The notes under the pieces were generated by a model that saw nothing but the letters and a program-made list of their open reading frames with translations, was not told where the DNA came from and ran no database searches. Made by a program: the position numbers and the translations under genes. Of a stretch of 64,000 nucleotides of DNA, positions 11,601 to 22,306 are shown in pieces (the first letter of the stretch is position 1; every line of letters begins with the position of its first letter). This DNA comes from Longimicrobiales bacterium (GTDB lineage: Bacteria > Gemmatimonadota > Gemmatimonadetes > Longimicrobiales > Gaopeijiaceae): contig CBDDCX010000008.1 in NCBI GenBank assembly GCA_965226375.1, positions 160,001 through 224,000 of the forward strand, given 5' to 3'.

Positions 11601-11645
11601 GAAATGGACGACCCACTCTATCTTCGCTTGGGGACGGCGTTTTAG
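8628..11645 (+). CDS. Outer-membrane protein: gluzincin-like peptidase domain + TolB/PD40 beta-propeller + BamA/TamA-like barrel
   Basis: Signal peptide; THELVH...WIGEGMATY; repeated SPDG/WSPDG/WTPDG motifs; VRGY and EYRFP motifs; C-terminal Phe. Confidence 0.8.
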   Translation: MIRPQASITLWSVVVGGVLWTTTVAAQVPPDASWRSLETTHFRVTFPAELEAVARRAGERAERAYGYLSERLLTPPSGRIELLLTDHADQSNGFANALPFNRITVFVRPPMDGFGATHFDDWLETVVTHELVHIFHLDHTGPLGSLVRAVLGRSSADWPAFPGYDVPAWIGEGMATYYESALTESGRVNGSFNDMVLRTAMLEGRFEGPDQVSGLSPNWPAGARVYAYGASFFDHMLDAYGEERMGEFVDAIARQIIPWRVDSGAKDAFGIGFREAWSSWEDGLEVGYRAQADSLAALAPLTQGESIAGDGRRVLFPAVSPDGLRLGYLRSDGRSDIQLRVANPDGSDPRKLTRVNSVADWTWLPDGDLLVAEQEFTDPYRVRSDLVRVDRSGGERWITRGARLAQPTVSPDGRYAVAVQDGEGTNRLVRVDLSTGAVEPVTDFVATEHWASPSWSPDGRWIAASRWRPGAFYDLFVLDPEGEIVHQVTADRAIDQDATWTPDGRRLLWASDRSGIPNLYAVAFDPVSGEPGSLSQITNMIGGAAYPSVDPAGEWIYFSSYHSYGWDVERIRFDPDSWFDPLPVKASFARGGESAPELFARQVSGDSRPYSALQTILPRSWEPIYESGVTRQNAEVVRAGFGARIEGQDLVGRHTYAVESVFRQSGRTDVDLSYAYSGRGNPFLGLSWRQGHDVTGPFDFEAAPGDTTPVFVAERERAFRGSVTLVRQRMRTSTSLSFSGAHIWERLELLDENLDDSPFTLSRPERRLGEAAITVAFSNARSFAFSTTAEVGVGGFLRLRARRELSLPSSLRGVPGSDRSFREVSGVVRGYHAFSGPGFSRHVVAWRASGGGAYGPGANRFHFDVGGAHGQLEDLTGLELFGGTPLLLPVRGYFTGQRSGRYAWTASVEYRFPILNVHRGWGFFPLHVDRVSGALFVDGGNAWGDSDPAIDDLNPRRPALGSVGAELQISVLALFNTRLFFRLGAAMTLTDEMDDPLYLRLGTAF

Positions 11646-11668
11646 GGGGCTGATAGAGGAGCCCCACC

Positions 11669-12034
11669 TCAACGCTTCTGCCCCGCCAAACCCCCCATAC
11701 GGTCTACGGACGCGTGCATTGCGGCCAACGCCTCGTCAAAGCGCTGATCGCTTCCCTCGAGGCCGGATTCTTTCTGGGTAGCCGCTGCGTTGAGGTTTCT
11801 AATAAGGCTGATGAAGTGGTCACCCTCTTCACGGAGAGCCACGAAGCTCCGTTCGTTGGGGAGGAGCTGCCCTGTGAGGCCCCAAACACCGGCCTCCAGG
11901 ATCAAGACTCCCACCAGCACGACCACGATCTGGATCTGGATGCTCGTGGGGGGAACGAAGAGGACGCCGCCGAACACGATGGCCATACCTAATAGGGGGA
12001 GCCCCACCTCGACAGCTCTGCGTAAACTTCTCAC
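11669..12034 (-). CDS. Hypothetical protein with two N-terminal TM helices
   Basis: 121-aa ORF with two hydrophobic helices then a helical soluble tail; GAGGGAG upstream. Confidence 0.6.
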   Translation of the reverse strand: MRSLRRAVEVGLPLLGMAIVFGGVLFVPPTSIQIQIVVVLVGVLILEAGVWGLTGQLLPNERSFVALREEGDHFISLIRNLNAAATQKESGLEGSDQRFDEALAAMHASVDRMGGLAGQKR

Positions 12035-12323
12035 TCGTAGATCTCCCTCTACGGAAGTCCGTTTGGGGTCCGGCCTATGGCCCGGCGCCGCCTGAGAACT
12101 CCCTTGTCGTGGTTCAACCCGATTTCATTGTTGGCCGGATACGGTGCGGGGCGTTCCGGGAGGCGAGACTGCTGAGGCTCTACCGATGTTCAATCGCCGG
12201 CAACATACGGCCTCAAAGGCGTCTTTACAAAGTCTTGTGGTGAGGAGCGGACCGATTTCAGCCGGGTTCTGGGGAGTGGAACCGCCGAGATCTGCCGGGT
12301 CGACGTTATCCTCGGCGAAACTC

Positions 12324-12375
12324 TTGACCACAAGATATAGTGGGTGTAGGTTGGGGATACCTCTAGATTTTGTGG
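12324..12375 (+). promoter_or_regulatory. nrdJ promoter with tandem NrdR boxes
   Basis: CCACAAGATATAGTGG (12328-12343) and CCTCTAGATTTTGTGG (12360-12375), 32 bp apart. They overlap or flank TTGACC-17bp-TAGGTT (12324-12352), upstream of a ribonucleotide reductase. Confidence 0.88.
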
Positions 12376-12494
12376 TATCCTGGAAACTTTTCCACATACA
12401 ACTTTAGAGGCGGAGCCACGTATCGCCGTTTTTCAACGGCCGACGTGTGGTATTTCCACCGACTTCCCAAATCGATCCATGGAGTAACAGCGGC

Positions 12495-15020
12495 ATGAAG
12501 CAGGGGCCCCCCTCAGACGGTGCGCAGATCTTCGACGACGTAGTCCCCGAGGACGTTCCTCCGGCGAATCTTTCAGAGAACGCACGCATCGTTCTGGCCA
12601 AGCGCTACCTGAAGAAGGACGAGCACGGAAACCCGCTCGAGGAGCCCGAGACGATGTTCTGGCGGGTAGCGAGCGTAATAGCCGACGCGGACAAGGCATA
12701 CGGGGCCTCGGAAGCTGCCGTCGGGGAGCTCGCCCGTCAGTTCTATGATCTCATGACCGATGGGAAGTTCGAGCCGAACTCCCCAACGCTCATGAACGCG
12801 GGCCGGCCGTTGGGTCAGCTCTCGGCGTGTTTTGTCCTTCCCGTCGACGACGCTCTGTCGAACGGTGCGAGTGGCATTTACGACACGCTCAAGTCCATGG
12901 CACTGGTGCACCAATCGGGTGGAGGCACAGGCTTTTCCTTCTCCAGGCTGCGCGCTACCGGATCCCAGGTTCGCTCCACCATGGGAGTGGCTTCCGGACC
13001 CGTCTCCTTCATGAGGCTCTACGATGCCAGCACGGAGGTCGTGAAGCAGGGTGGCACCAGGCGCGGGGCGAACATGGGCATCCTGCGGGTGGATCACCCG
13101 GACATCCGGTCGTTCATCACCTGTAAGGACGACACGTCACAGATTACCAACTTCAACATCTCGGTCGCTCTCACGGACGCCTTCATGGAGGCCGTGCGAA
13201 ACGAGGCCGACTACGACCTGATCAGTCCGAAGACCGGCGAGGTGGTCGCGCAGGACAACGCCGTAGAGATCTTCGACATGATCGTGCACGGCGCCTGGAA
13301 GACGGGCGAGCCCGGCACGTGCTTCATCGACCGTGCCAACGCCTTCAATCCGGTTCCCAAGCTCGGATCCTATGAGGCCACGAACCCATGCGGGGAGCAG
13401 CCCCTTCTACCCTACGACGTCTGCAATCTGGGAAGCATCAACCTGGCTAAGTTCGTGAACGAAGACGCGGCCGGGACCGAGGAGCCCGCGGATCTGATCG
13501 ATTGGGACGGCCTGCGCCAGACGGTCGCGTTGTCCACGCACTTCCTGGACAACGTAATCGACGCGAACCGGTATCCCCTTGCGGCCATCACGGAGTTGGC
13601 CCAGACGATCCGCCGTATCGGCCTCGGCGTCATGGGTTGGGCGGACATGCTCATCAAGCTGGGTATCCCCTACGACACGCCCGAAGGCGTCGAGATGGGG
13701 CGCAAGGTTATGGGCTTTCTGAACGAGGAGTCTCGCAACGCATCGGAGAGACTCGCCGAGGGCCGTGGGACCTTCCCGGCCTGGGAAGAGTCGATCTGGG
13801 GTCCCGACGACGTTTGCGCTCGGGATGCCGGGGGACGGCGCGTTCGGCCCGAGCGTCGTCTGCGCAATTGTAACCTCACCACCGTGGCTCCGACCGGCAC
13901 CATCTCGATCTTTGCGGGATGTTCCGGCGGTATCGAGCCCATCTTTGCCGTAGCCTTCATGCGTAATCAGGCGGGTTCACTGATGCCGGATGTGAACCCC
14001 GAATTCGTGGCTCGTGCAGAAGCAGAGGGTTGGTACTCCGAAGATCTCATGACCCGGATTGCCGAAGAGGGCCACATCCACTTCGACGAGGTGCCTGAAG
14101 AAGTTCAGGCGGTGTTCAAGACCGCGCACGACATCACTCCCGAGTGGCACGTGCGCATGCAGGCGGCGTTCCAGGAGCACACCGACTCGGCCATCTCGAA
14201 GACCACGAACTTCCCCACCGAGGCTTCGGAGGAGGATGTCCGGCAGATCTACCAATTGGCGTACGAGCTCCACTGCAAGGGCGTGACGGTGTACCGGGAT
14301 GGCTCGAGGTCCGGCCAAGTCCTCTCCACCGGCAAGACCGAGAAATCGGAGGCCGGCGACACCGAGACCAACCCCGACATCGTCGAGCTCGAGCACTTGC
14401 TGGCGGACGCCCGCGAGTCGCTCCACGGTCTGAGGGTGGAGCTCGAGCAGGTCTATCGGGACCAACAAGAGCAGGACCTCACCGCCGCGGCGTCGCGACA
14501 CAAGCGGCAGCGTCCGGCGATGCTCCGCGGGCGCACGGTCAAGATGAGCTCCCCGCTGGGCGACTGTTACGTGACCATCAACGAAGACGACGATGGGCGA
14601 GCCTTCGAAGTGTTCTGCACGCTCGGAAAGGCAGGTGGCGCTGCCACGGCCGACGCCGAGGCAGTGGGTCGTTTGATCTCGCTGGCGCTGCGTTCCGGCA
14701 TCCCGATTCCTGCGGTGCGGGATCAACTGCGCGGCATCTCGTCGGACCGCGCGGTCGGCGTAGGCCCGAACAAGGTGCTCTCGCTGCCCGACGCGATCGG
14801 CCAGGCCCTCGAGAAGTACATTGCGGAGAAGGATGGGGTGCAGGAGACCCTACCGCTGGGTGTGACAGCGGGGGCCGCAGGCACTCAGCCGCAGACCGGC
14901 GCCGATGAGGGCCATCACAACAACTTCCTTGGAAGTTGCCCCGAATGCGGCGCAGGTCAGCTCGCCTTCGAAGAGGGTTGCGTCAAGTGCCACGTTTGCG
15001 GCTACAGCGAGTGCGGATGA
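12495..15020 (+). CDS. nrdJ: Adenosylcobalamin-dependent (class II) ribonucleotide reductase
   Basis: PNSPTLMNAG, LSACF, GGGTG, RRGANM, TNPCGEQ, APTGT and KGVTVYRDG motifs; C-terminal TSCPD-like domain and CxxC-CxxC zinc ribbon; GGAG RBS before ATG 12495. Confidence 0.96.
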   Translation: MKQGPPSDGAQIFDDVVPEDVPPANLSENARIVLAKRYLKKDEHGNPLEEPETMFWRVASVIADADKAYGASEAAVGELARQFYDLMTDGKFEPNSPTLMNAGRPLGQLSACFVLPVDDALSNGASGIYDTLKSMALVHQSGGGTGFSFSRLRATGSQVRSTMGVASGPVSFMRLYDASTEVVKQGGTRRGANMGILRVDHPDIRSFITCKDDTSQITNFNISVALTDAFMEAVRNEADYDLISPKTGEVVAQDNAVEIFDMIVHGAWKTGEPGTCFIDRANAFNPVPKLGSYEATNPCGEQPLLPYDVCNLGSINLAKFVNEDAAGTEEPADLIDWDGLRQTVALSTHFLDNVIDANRYPLAAITELAQTIRRIGLGVMGWADMLIKLGIPYDTPEGVEMGRKVMGFLNEESRNASERLAEGRGTFPAWEESIWGPDDVCARDAGGRRVRPERRLRNCNLTTVAPTGTISIFAGCSGGIEPIFAVAFMRNQAGSLMPDVNPEFVARAEAEGWYSEDLMTRIAEEGHIHFDEVPEEVQAVFKTAHDITPEWHVRMQAAFQEHTDSAISKTTNFPTEASEEDVRQIYQLAYELHCKGVTVYRDGSRSGQVLSTGKTEKSEAGDTETNPDIVELEHLLADARESLHGLRVELEQVYRDQQEQDLTAAASRHKRQRPAMLRGRTVKMSSPLGDCYVTINEDDDGRAFEVFCTLGKAGGAATADAEAVGRLISLALRSGIPIPAVRDQLRGISSDRAVGVGPNKVLSLPDAIGQALEKYIAEKDGVQETLPLGVTAGAAGTQPQTGADEGHHNNFLGSCPECGAGQLAFEEGCVKCHVCGYSECG

Positions 15021-15063
15021 GGGAAACCATCTTCGGTCACTGACCCACGCGGCCTGGTCTCTA

Positions 15064-15106
15064 CTCAACCCGTCGCCCTCACAGGGGCGACGGGTTGAGC
15101 CGTTTA
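15064..15106 (+). terminator. Probable intrinsic terminator after nrdJ
   Basis: 15-bp perfect stem CTCAACCCGTCGCCC / GGGCGACGGGTTGAG with a 6-nt loop, followed by a T-rich tract. Confidence 0.7.
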
Positions 15107-15245
15107 TCCCCCGTTTTCGGTTTCCTTTTCAAATAACCCGGCGTATGATCGGAACGAATTCGATCGCTCACAGGTTTTCGCAGTGGAGGCGGCCCGGAGC
15201 ACCTCCGGACCCCCTTATTCGCCGGCCCTTCCCAGGAGACCGACC

Positions 15246-16121
<876 letters not shown>

Positions 16122-16203
16122 CAATGGATCGGTCGTCGTGCGACGGATCCGCCGCGTGAAGCGGGTCCGTTACACGGCGCCGAGCCCTTGACGGAGGCTG
16201 GAA

Positions 16204-17670
16204 TTGACCGAGACCGGTGAGGACCTCACACGGTCGGCGGATGTGAATCCGGGCGGTGGGGTCGAGCGGCCGAGCCGAACCGACGAGTTGATCGGGCTCC
16301 TTTCGAGCAAGGTCGTGGGTCAGGCCCACGCCTTGGAGCACATCGTCCCGAGCATTCAACTCCATCAGTCTGGGCTCGCCCCTGAAGGTCGGCCGGTCGG
16401 TGTCTTCCTGCTTCTCGGACCGACCGGGACCGGTAAGACCCGGACGGTGGAGGCGCTGGCCGAGGTGCTCCACGGAGATGTGCGCAGCGTCGTCAAGATC
16501 GACTGTGGCGAATTCCAACACGAGCACGAGGTGGCCAAGCTCATCGGTGCACCACCCGGGTACGTGGGGCATGCCCAGACGGAGCCCAGGCTTACACAAA
16601 ACATTCTGGATGCCGCCGCGAGCGAGCGAAGCGATCTCACACTGGTCCTATTCGAGGAGATCGAGAAGGCGGCTACTTCGCTCGCTCAGCTGCTACTCGG
16701 CGTGCTCGATAAGGCTACTCTCAGGTTGGGTGACGGCTCTGAGGTGGACTTCGAGCGGGCGATCATCTTCCTGACGAGCAACCTGGGCGCCCGTGACATG
16801 ATGGCCGAGATCCGGCCCGGTCTGGGTTTCGACACACAGCCGCGGCGACCCGGTCCCGAGCTCGCGGCACATCTCGAGCGGGTCGGACTGCGTGCTGTTC
16901 AGCGTCACTTTTCACCGGAATTCGTCAATCGAATCGACGCGGTGATCACCTACCGCCCCTTGGGCAACGACTCGCTGGTGGCCATTCTCGAGCAGCACGT
17001 GATGGACCTGCAGCTTCATGTTCAGAGTCGCCTCGGCAACCGCTCTTTCGAGATCGAAGTTGCGCCCGCGGCCCGGTTCTTCATGCTGGACAAGGGAACG
17101 AGCATGGAGTATGGGGCCCGCGAGCTACGTCGTACCATCCACCGGCACCTCACGCAGCCCTTGGCCGCCATGGTGGCGAACGGACAAGTGGCGCCCGGTG
17201 CCATTGTCACCGTGGACCTCCATGAAGAGGGCGACCATCTGACCCTTGTCCCCGTGGGGGGGACGCCCGGTCAGGAGATCGCGCCATTGAAGGTCCTCGC
17301 CCTGGACGACAACGATGCGCTCCTGGGCTGGATCGAGCGTGTTCTGGTGGACGAGGGCCATGAGGTGCGGTTGGCCACCACAGTGGAGAGTGCGCGCCGG
17401 ATGGCGTCGGAGGTGCAACCCGATGTCCTCCTTTTCGACCACATCCTTCCGGACGGCGAAGGTGTGAGGTTCGCGGTGGAGCTGCTCAAGGAGTTCGAGA
17501 ACGCGGGCGCGGTCGTGATGAGCGGGGCGACCCTGGACGAAGAGGAGTTCCTGCTCTGTCAGCGCTATGAGATCGCGTTCCTGAAGAAGCCCTTCGTCGC
17601 CGAGGAGCTCTTGGGTGCCCTGGAGGCCCTCTGCCTCAGTGGAGGAAGCAGCCGCTCCGCCACGGCTTGA
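16204..17670 (+). CDS. Single-module ClpA/B-type AAA+ ATPase (NBD2-like) fused to a C-terminal response-regulator receiver domain
   Basis: GPTGTGKT, IGAPPGYVG, LFEEIEKA, FSPEFVNRID and YGARELRR motifs, then LALDD...LLFDHILPD...MSG...KKPF. Confidence 0.85.
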   Translation: MTETGEDLTRSADVNPGGGVERPSRTDELIGLLSSKVVGQAHALEHIVPSIQLHQSGLAPEGRPVGVFLLLGPTGTGKTRTVEALAEVLHGDVRSVVKIDCGEFQHEHEVAKLIGAPPGYVGHAQTEPRLTQNILDAAASERSDLTLVLFEEIEKAATSLAQLLLGVLDKATLRLGDGSEVDFERAIIFLTSNLGARDMMAEIRPGLGFDTQPRRPGPELAAHLERVGLRAVQRHFSPEFVNRIDAVITYRPLGNDSLVAILEQHVMDLQLHVQSRLGNRSFEIEVAPAARFFMLDKGTSMEYGARELRRTIHRHLTQPLAAMVANGQVAPGAIVTVDLHEEGDHLTLVPVGGTPGQEIAPLKVLALDDNDALLGWIERVLVDEGHEVRLATTVESARRMASEVQPDVLLFDHILPDGEGVRFAVELLKEFENAGAVVMSGATLDEEEFLLCQRYEIAFLKKPFVAEELLGALEALCLSGGSSRSATA

Positions 17671-17766
17671 CCCAGTGTTTTCTCCGCCCCATCCTGACCT
17701 TCTTTCGAGTCGCGGTCGGATCCCCGGGAACCGGTCGTGATCCTTCTCCCCGACAGGGAGCCGTTC

Positions 17767-18234
17767 ATGCCAGTCGTTTCCATGCAGGTAAACGGGCAAG
17801 CGGTCTCACACGAGGTCCAGGAGCGCACTCTCCTCGTGGACTTTCTGCGTGAGACACTGACGCTCACCGGCACCCATGTCGGGTGCGACACGAGCCAGTG
17901 TGGAGCTTGTGTGGTGCACGTTGGAGGCAAGTCGGTCAAGAGCTGCGCCATGCTGGCGGTCGAAGCCGAGGGCGCCGAGGTCATGACCATCGAAGGGGTC
18001 GCGACGAACGGAGTGCTCCACCCGATGCAGGAGGCCTTCAAGGAGCATCACGGGCTGCAGTGTGGTTTCTGCACACCGGGCATGGTCATGAGCAGCCTCG
18101 ACTTGGTGAGCGGCAACCCCTCGCCGTCCGAAGGCGACGTGCGGGAGTGGCTGGAGGGCAACCTCTGCCGCTGCACGGGCTACCACAACATCGTGAAGGC
18201 CGTGCAGTCGGCGGCCTCCGAAATGGGAGGCTGA
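17767..18234 (+). CDS. coxS: CO dehydrogenase-like small [2Fe-2S] subunit
   Basis: [23 protein letters not shown] and GNLCRCTGY motifs. Confidence 0.92.
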   Translation: MPVVSMQVNGQAVSHEVQERTLLVDFLRETLTLTGTHVGCDTSQCGACVVHVGGKSVKSCAMLAVEAEGAEVMTIEGVATNGVLHPMQEAFKEHHGLQCGFCTPGMVMSSLDLVSGNPSPSEGDVREWLEGNLCRCTGYHNIVKAVQSAASEMGG

Positions 18235-18235
18235 T

Positions 18236-20602
18236 ATGGCGGAGAACGGAATCGGGGCCGCCGTACGGCGGAAGGAAGACGGCCGTTTCCTGACCGGGAA
18301 AGGCCGCTACACGGATGACATCAACCGCCCGGGGCAGACGTACGCATACCTCGTGCGCTCTCCGGAGGCACACGCCAACATCTCCGGCATCGACACCGCG
18401 GCGGCCGCGTCTGCTCCGGGAGTGGTGGCCGTGTTCGCTGGGGCCGACATGGCCGCCGATGGACTGGGCGGTTTGCCGTGCGGATGGGGCATTCACAACA
18501 AGGACGGCTCACCCATGGTAGAGCCGCCCCATCCGCCGCTCGTGGTCGATCGGGTCCGGCACGTGGGTGACATCGTCGCGGTGGTGATCGCCGAGACGAA
18601 GGCCCAGGCCAAGGAAGCCGCTGCGCTCGTCGACGTCGAGTACGAGAACCTCCCGGCCGTCGCGTCTCTGAGCGCGGCCGTGAGCGAGGGCGCTCCGCAG
18701 GTGTGGGAGGACGCTCCCGGCAATGTCTGCTTCGATTGGGAGATCGGTGACCAGGCGGCCACCGAAGCGGCGTTCGAGGGAGCAGCGCACGTGGTGTCGA
18801 TCGACATCGTGAACAACCGTCTCATCCCGAACGCCATCGAGCCTCGGGTGGCAATTGGCGACTACGACACCGTGAGCGGCGACTATACGCTCTACACGTC
18901 AAGCCAGAACCCGCACGTCATCAGGCTGCTCATGGGCGCGTTCGTCATGCAGATCCCGGAGCACAAGCTCCGGGTGGTGTCCCCTGATGTCGGAGGTGCC
19001 TTCGGCTCCAAGATCTTCCACTACGCGGAAGAGGTCATCATGACCTGGGCCGCGTCCAAGATCGGACGCCCTGTGAAGTGGACCGCCGAGCGCTCCGAAT
19101 CGTTCATGTCCGACGCGCACGGGCGGGACCACGTGACCCACGCCGAGCTGGCCCTGGACGAGGAGGGGCGCTTCCTGGCTCTGCGGGTGAGCACGCTCGC
19201 CAACCTCGGCGCCTACATCTCCACGTTCGGCGCGGCGGTCCCCACGATCCTGCACGGCACGCTTTTCGCCGGCTGCTACACCACGCCGGCTATCTACGGT
19301 GAAGTGAAGGCGATCTTCACCAACACGGTGCCGGTGGACGCGGTCCGTGGTGCGGGGCGACCGGAAGCGTCGTTCATGCTCGAGCGCCTCGTAGACGTGT
19401 CCGCCCGCCGGCTGGGGATGGATCCGGTCGAGATCCGCAGGAAGAACTTCATTCAGCCGGATCAGTTCCCCTATCAGACGCCGGTGCTGTTGGAGTACGA
19501 CACGGGGGACTACGACGGTACGCTGGACTTGGTGCTCGAGCTTTCCGAGTGGGAGGGATTCGAGGCTCGCAGGGAAGAAGCCAAGTCCAGGGGCAAGCTC
19601 CGTGGAATCGGCCTGTCGACGTTCCTCGAAGCGTGCGGGATCGCCCCCTCAGCGGTGGCGGGCGCGCTGGGCGCACGAGCCGGACTCTTCGAAGTCGGCC
19701 AGGTGCGGGTGCACCCCACCGGCAGCGTGACGGTCTTGACGGGAAGCCACAGCACCGGCCAGGGCCATGAGACGGCCTTTGCTCAGATCGTTTCCGAGGG
19801 CTTTGGTATCGGGATCGACCTGGTAGAGATAGTCCACGGGGATACCGACAAGGTGCCCTTCGGGATGGGCACCTACGGCTCACGCTCTCTGGCAGTGGGC
19901 GGGTCGGCGATCCACAACGCCATGCAAAAGATCATTGCCAAGGGTACGAAAATCGCCGCCCACCTCATGGAGGCCGCCGAGGCCGATGTCGTCTTTGAGG
20001 ACGGTCGCTTCACCGTGACCGGTACCGACAAGTCCCTGGGTCTTGCCGACGTGTCGCTGGCGGCCTATGTGCCTCACAATTATCCGGAAGATCTGGAGCC
20101 GGGCTTGGAGGAGACGGCCTTCTACGATCCCAAGAACTTCACCTTCCCTGCAGGGGCTCATGTGGCGGAGGTGGAGATCGACCCGGAAACCGGCGTCGTG
20201 GAGTTGGTCGCGGTCTCCTGCGCCGACGACGTTGGGCGTATTATCAACCCCATGATCGTCGATGGCCAAATGCACGGAGGCCTGGCGCACGGGATCGGCC
20301 AGGCGCTGCTGGAGTGCTGCAAGTACGACGACGACGGACAGCTTATAACGGGCTCGTACATGAACTACACGATGCCTCGGGCGGCGGACCTGCCCTTCTT
20401 CAAGACGGGACACAACATCACCAACTGCACCCACAATCCGCTGGGTGTGAAGGGTGTCGGTGAGGTGGGCTCCATCGGAGTGCCGCCCGCCGTGATCAAC
20501 GCTGTCGTAGACGCCCTGGCTCATCTGGGTGTCGAGCACATGGACATGCCGGCAACTCCGGAGCGCGTCTGGCGCGCGATCCGGGACGCGGCGGCGAACT
20601 GA
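18236..20602 (+). CDS. coxL: Form II CO dehydrogenase-like molybdopterin large subunit
   Basis: [18 protein letters not shown], active-site [16 protein letters not shown] and KGVGE motifs; S-L-M gene order. Confidence 0.88.
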   Translation: MAENGIGAAVRRKEDGRFLTGKGRYTDDINRPGQTYAYLVRSPEAHANISGIDTAAAASAPGVVAVFAGADMAADGLGGLPCGWGIHNKDGSPMVEPPHPPLVVDRVRHVGDIVAVVIAETKAQAKEAAALVDVEYENLPAVASLSAAVSEGAPQVWEDAPGNVCFDWEIGDQAATEAAFEGAAHVVSIDIVNNRLIPNAIEPRVAIGDYDTVSGDYTLYTSSQNPHVIRLLMGAFVMQIPEHKLRVVSPDVGGAFGSKIFHYAEEVIMTWAASKIGRPVKWTAERSESFMSDAHGRDHVTHAELALDEEGRFLALRVSTLANLGAYISTFGAAVPTILHGTLFAGCYTTPAIYGEVKAIFTNTVPVDAVRGAGRPEASFMLERLVDVSARRLGMDPVEIRRKNFIQPDQFPYQTPVLLEYDTGDYDGTLDLVLELSEWEGFEARREEAKSRGKLRGIGLSTFLEACGIAPSAVAGALGARAGLFEVGQVRVHPTGSVTVLTGSHSTGQGHETAFAQIVSEGFGIGIDLVEIVHGDTDKVPFGMGTYGSRSLAVGGSAIHNAMQKIIAKGTKIAAHLMEAAEADVVFEDGRFTVTGTDKSLGLADVSLAAYVPHNYPEDLEPGLEETAFYDPKNFTFPAGAHVAEVEIDPETGVVELVAVSCADDVGRIINPMIVDGQMHGGLAHGIGQALLECCKYDDDGQLITGSYMNYTMPRAADLPFFKTGHNITNCTHNPLGVKGVGEVGSIGVPPAVINAVVDALAHLGVEHMDMPATPERVWRAIRDAAAN

Positions 20603-20612
20603 AGGGAAGACC

Positions 20613-21407
20613 ATGGACAACTTCACGTTCCATCGCCCCGGCACGGTGGCCGAGGCCCAGGATGCCATTCGTGCGGCCGACGCCGGCAAGTTCCTGGCCG
20701 GCGGTCAGAGCCTTCTTCCCATCATGAAGCTGGACATGGCGGCGGCGAGCGATGTCGTGTCGTTGGCGGGACTCGAGGAGCTCCGGGGGATTCAGCGCAA
20801 CGGCGATACGTTGTCGATCGGAGCCGCGATGACACACGCCGAGGTGAGCGGCTCCGCCGACGTGCGGAACGCCATTCCGGCGCTCGCAGACTTGGCGGGG
20901 GGCATCGGAGATCCTCAGGTGCGGAACCGCGGCACGCTGGGCGGCTCGGTCGCCCACAGTGATCCTGCGGCGGACTATCCGGCGGCCTTGGTCGCAACAG
21001 GCGCCACGGTGGTGACCGATCGGCGTGAGATCGCCGCCGAGGACTTCTTCGTCGGCATGTTCGAGACTCCTCTCGAGGACGACGAGATCATCACGTCGGT
21101 GCGCTTTCCCATTCCCGAGCGGGCCGCATACGCCAAGTTCCCGAATCCGGCCTCCAAGTATGCCATTACCGGTGTCATGGTGGCTCAGGGTGGTGGCGGG
21201 GTCCGGGTCGCGGTGTCCGGCGCGGGATACAACGTCTTCCGTGCGAGCGCCCTGGAAGAGGCGCTGTCATCCGATTTCTCGTCGGGGGCACTCGACGGCA
21301 TCAGTGTAGACCCGGACGGTCTGGTCTCGGACACGGACGCCAGCGCCGAGTATCGGGCGCATCTGGTGTCCGTCATGGCCCGCCGCGCCGTGGAGGCGTG
21401 CGCATAG
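20613..21407 (+). CDS. coxM: CO dehydrogenase-like FAD medium subunit
   Basis: [27 protein letters not shown] and [10 protein letters not shown] motifs. Confidence 0.9.
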   Translation: MDNFTFHRPGTVAEAQDAIRAADAGKFLAGGQSLLPIMKLDMAAASDVVSLAGLEELRGIQRNGDTLSIGAAMTHAEVSGSADVRNAIPALADLAGGIGDPQVRNRGTLGGSVAHSDPAADYPAALVATGATVVTDRREIAAEDFFVGMFETPLEDDEIITSVRFPIPERAAYAKFPNPASKYAITGVMVAQGGGGVRVAVSGAGYNVFRASALEEALSSDFSSGALDGISVDPDGLVSDTDASAEYRAHLVSVMARRAVEACA

Positions 21408-22306
21408 AGAATCGTGGATCGATCCCGGATTCGGTCGAGGATACCGTCACGCTCCTCGGCGAGGAGGACTATATAGCGGACCGATCTCTCGCCACGGCCG
21501 TCTACCTGTCGTTGAGTTTGGGTAGGCCGCTCTTCCTGGAGGGAGAGGCGGGGGTGGGCAAGACCGAAGTAGGGAAGGTCCTCGCCTCGGGACTGCGGCG
21601 GCGCTTGATCCGGCTCCAGTGTTATGAGGGATTGGACGTGTCGTCCGCCGTCTATGAGTGGAACTACGCGCGCCAGATGATCGAGATCCGGATCGCTGAA
21701 GCGGCGGGCGTTACGGATCGGATCAGGCTCGAGTCCGACGTCTTCTCGGACGAGTTTCTGATCCGCCGGCCCCTTCTCGAGGCCCTCTCTCCCCACCCCG
21801 AGGGCCCCCCCGTTCTCCTCATCGACGAGCTGGATCGCACCGACGAGCCCTTCGAGGCATTTCTCCTGGAGCTTCTTTCCGACTTCCAGGTCACCGTACC
21901 CGAAGTGGGGACGATCAAGGCGGACGAGCCGCCGGTCGTGATCATCACCTCCAATCGCACGCGCGAGATCCACGACGCTCTCAAGCGACGCTGCTTCTAT
22001 CACTGGATCGACTATCCGACCAGAGAGCGGGAGACGGAGATCGTGGCGGTACGTGTGCCGGAAGCCGGTGAAGAGTTCACCCGTCAGGTGGTCGGCTTTG
22101 TCCAGAGACTGCGCGAGCAAGATCTCTTCAAGGTGCCCGGCCTCGCCGAGTCCATCGACTGGACCCGTGCGCTCTTGGTCCTGGGTCGCTCGAGCCTCGA
22201 CCACGAGGTGGTGAACGAGACTCTCGGCGTGCTTCTCAAGTACGAAGATGACTTGGCTCGCGTGCGTGGCGATCCGGTCGCCACCATCCTGCAGGAAGTT
22301 GGCTGA
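21398..22306 (+). CDS. coxD: MoxR-family AAA+ ATPase (CoxD-like)
   Basis: [22 protein letters not shown] and TSNRTRE...ALKRRC motifs. Confidence 0.9.
   Translation: MRIENRGSIPDSVEDTVTLLGEEDYIADRSLATAVYLSLSLGRPLFLEGEAGVGKTEVGKVLASGLRRRLIRLQCYEGLDVSSAVYEWNYARQMIEIRIAEAAGVTDRIRLESDVFSDEFLIRRPLLEALSPHPEGPPVLLIDELDRTDEPFEAFLLELLSDFQVTVPEVGTIKADEPPVVIITSNRTREIHDALKRRCFYHWIDYPTRERETEIVAVRVPEAGEEFTRQVVGFVQRLREQDLFKVPGLAESIDWTRALLVLGRSSLDHEVVNETLGVLLKYEDDLARVRGDPVATILQEVG

Noticed and set aside
12035..12494. Possible cobalamin riboswitch upstream of nrdJ
   Set aside because: I could not recognise a B12-box; the NrdR boxes explain the region. An Rfam scan would settle it.
12495..15020. Intein or intron in nrdJ
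   Set aside because: The motifs are collinear and the length is normal, with no splice-junction or homing-endonuclease motifs.
17767..21407. Calling the cluster a true aerobic CO dehydrogenase
   Set aside because: It lacks the form I AYXCSFR motif and the M-S-L gene order.
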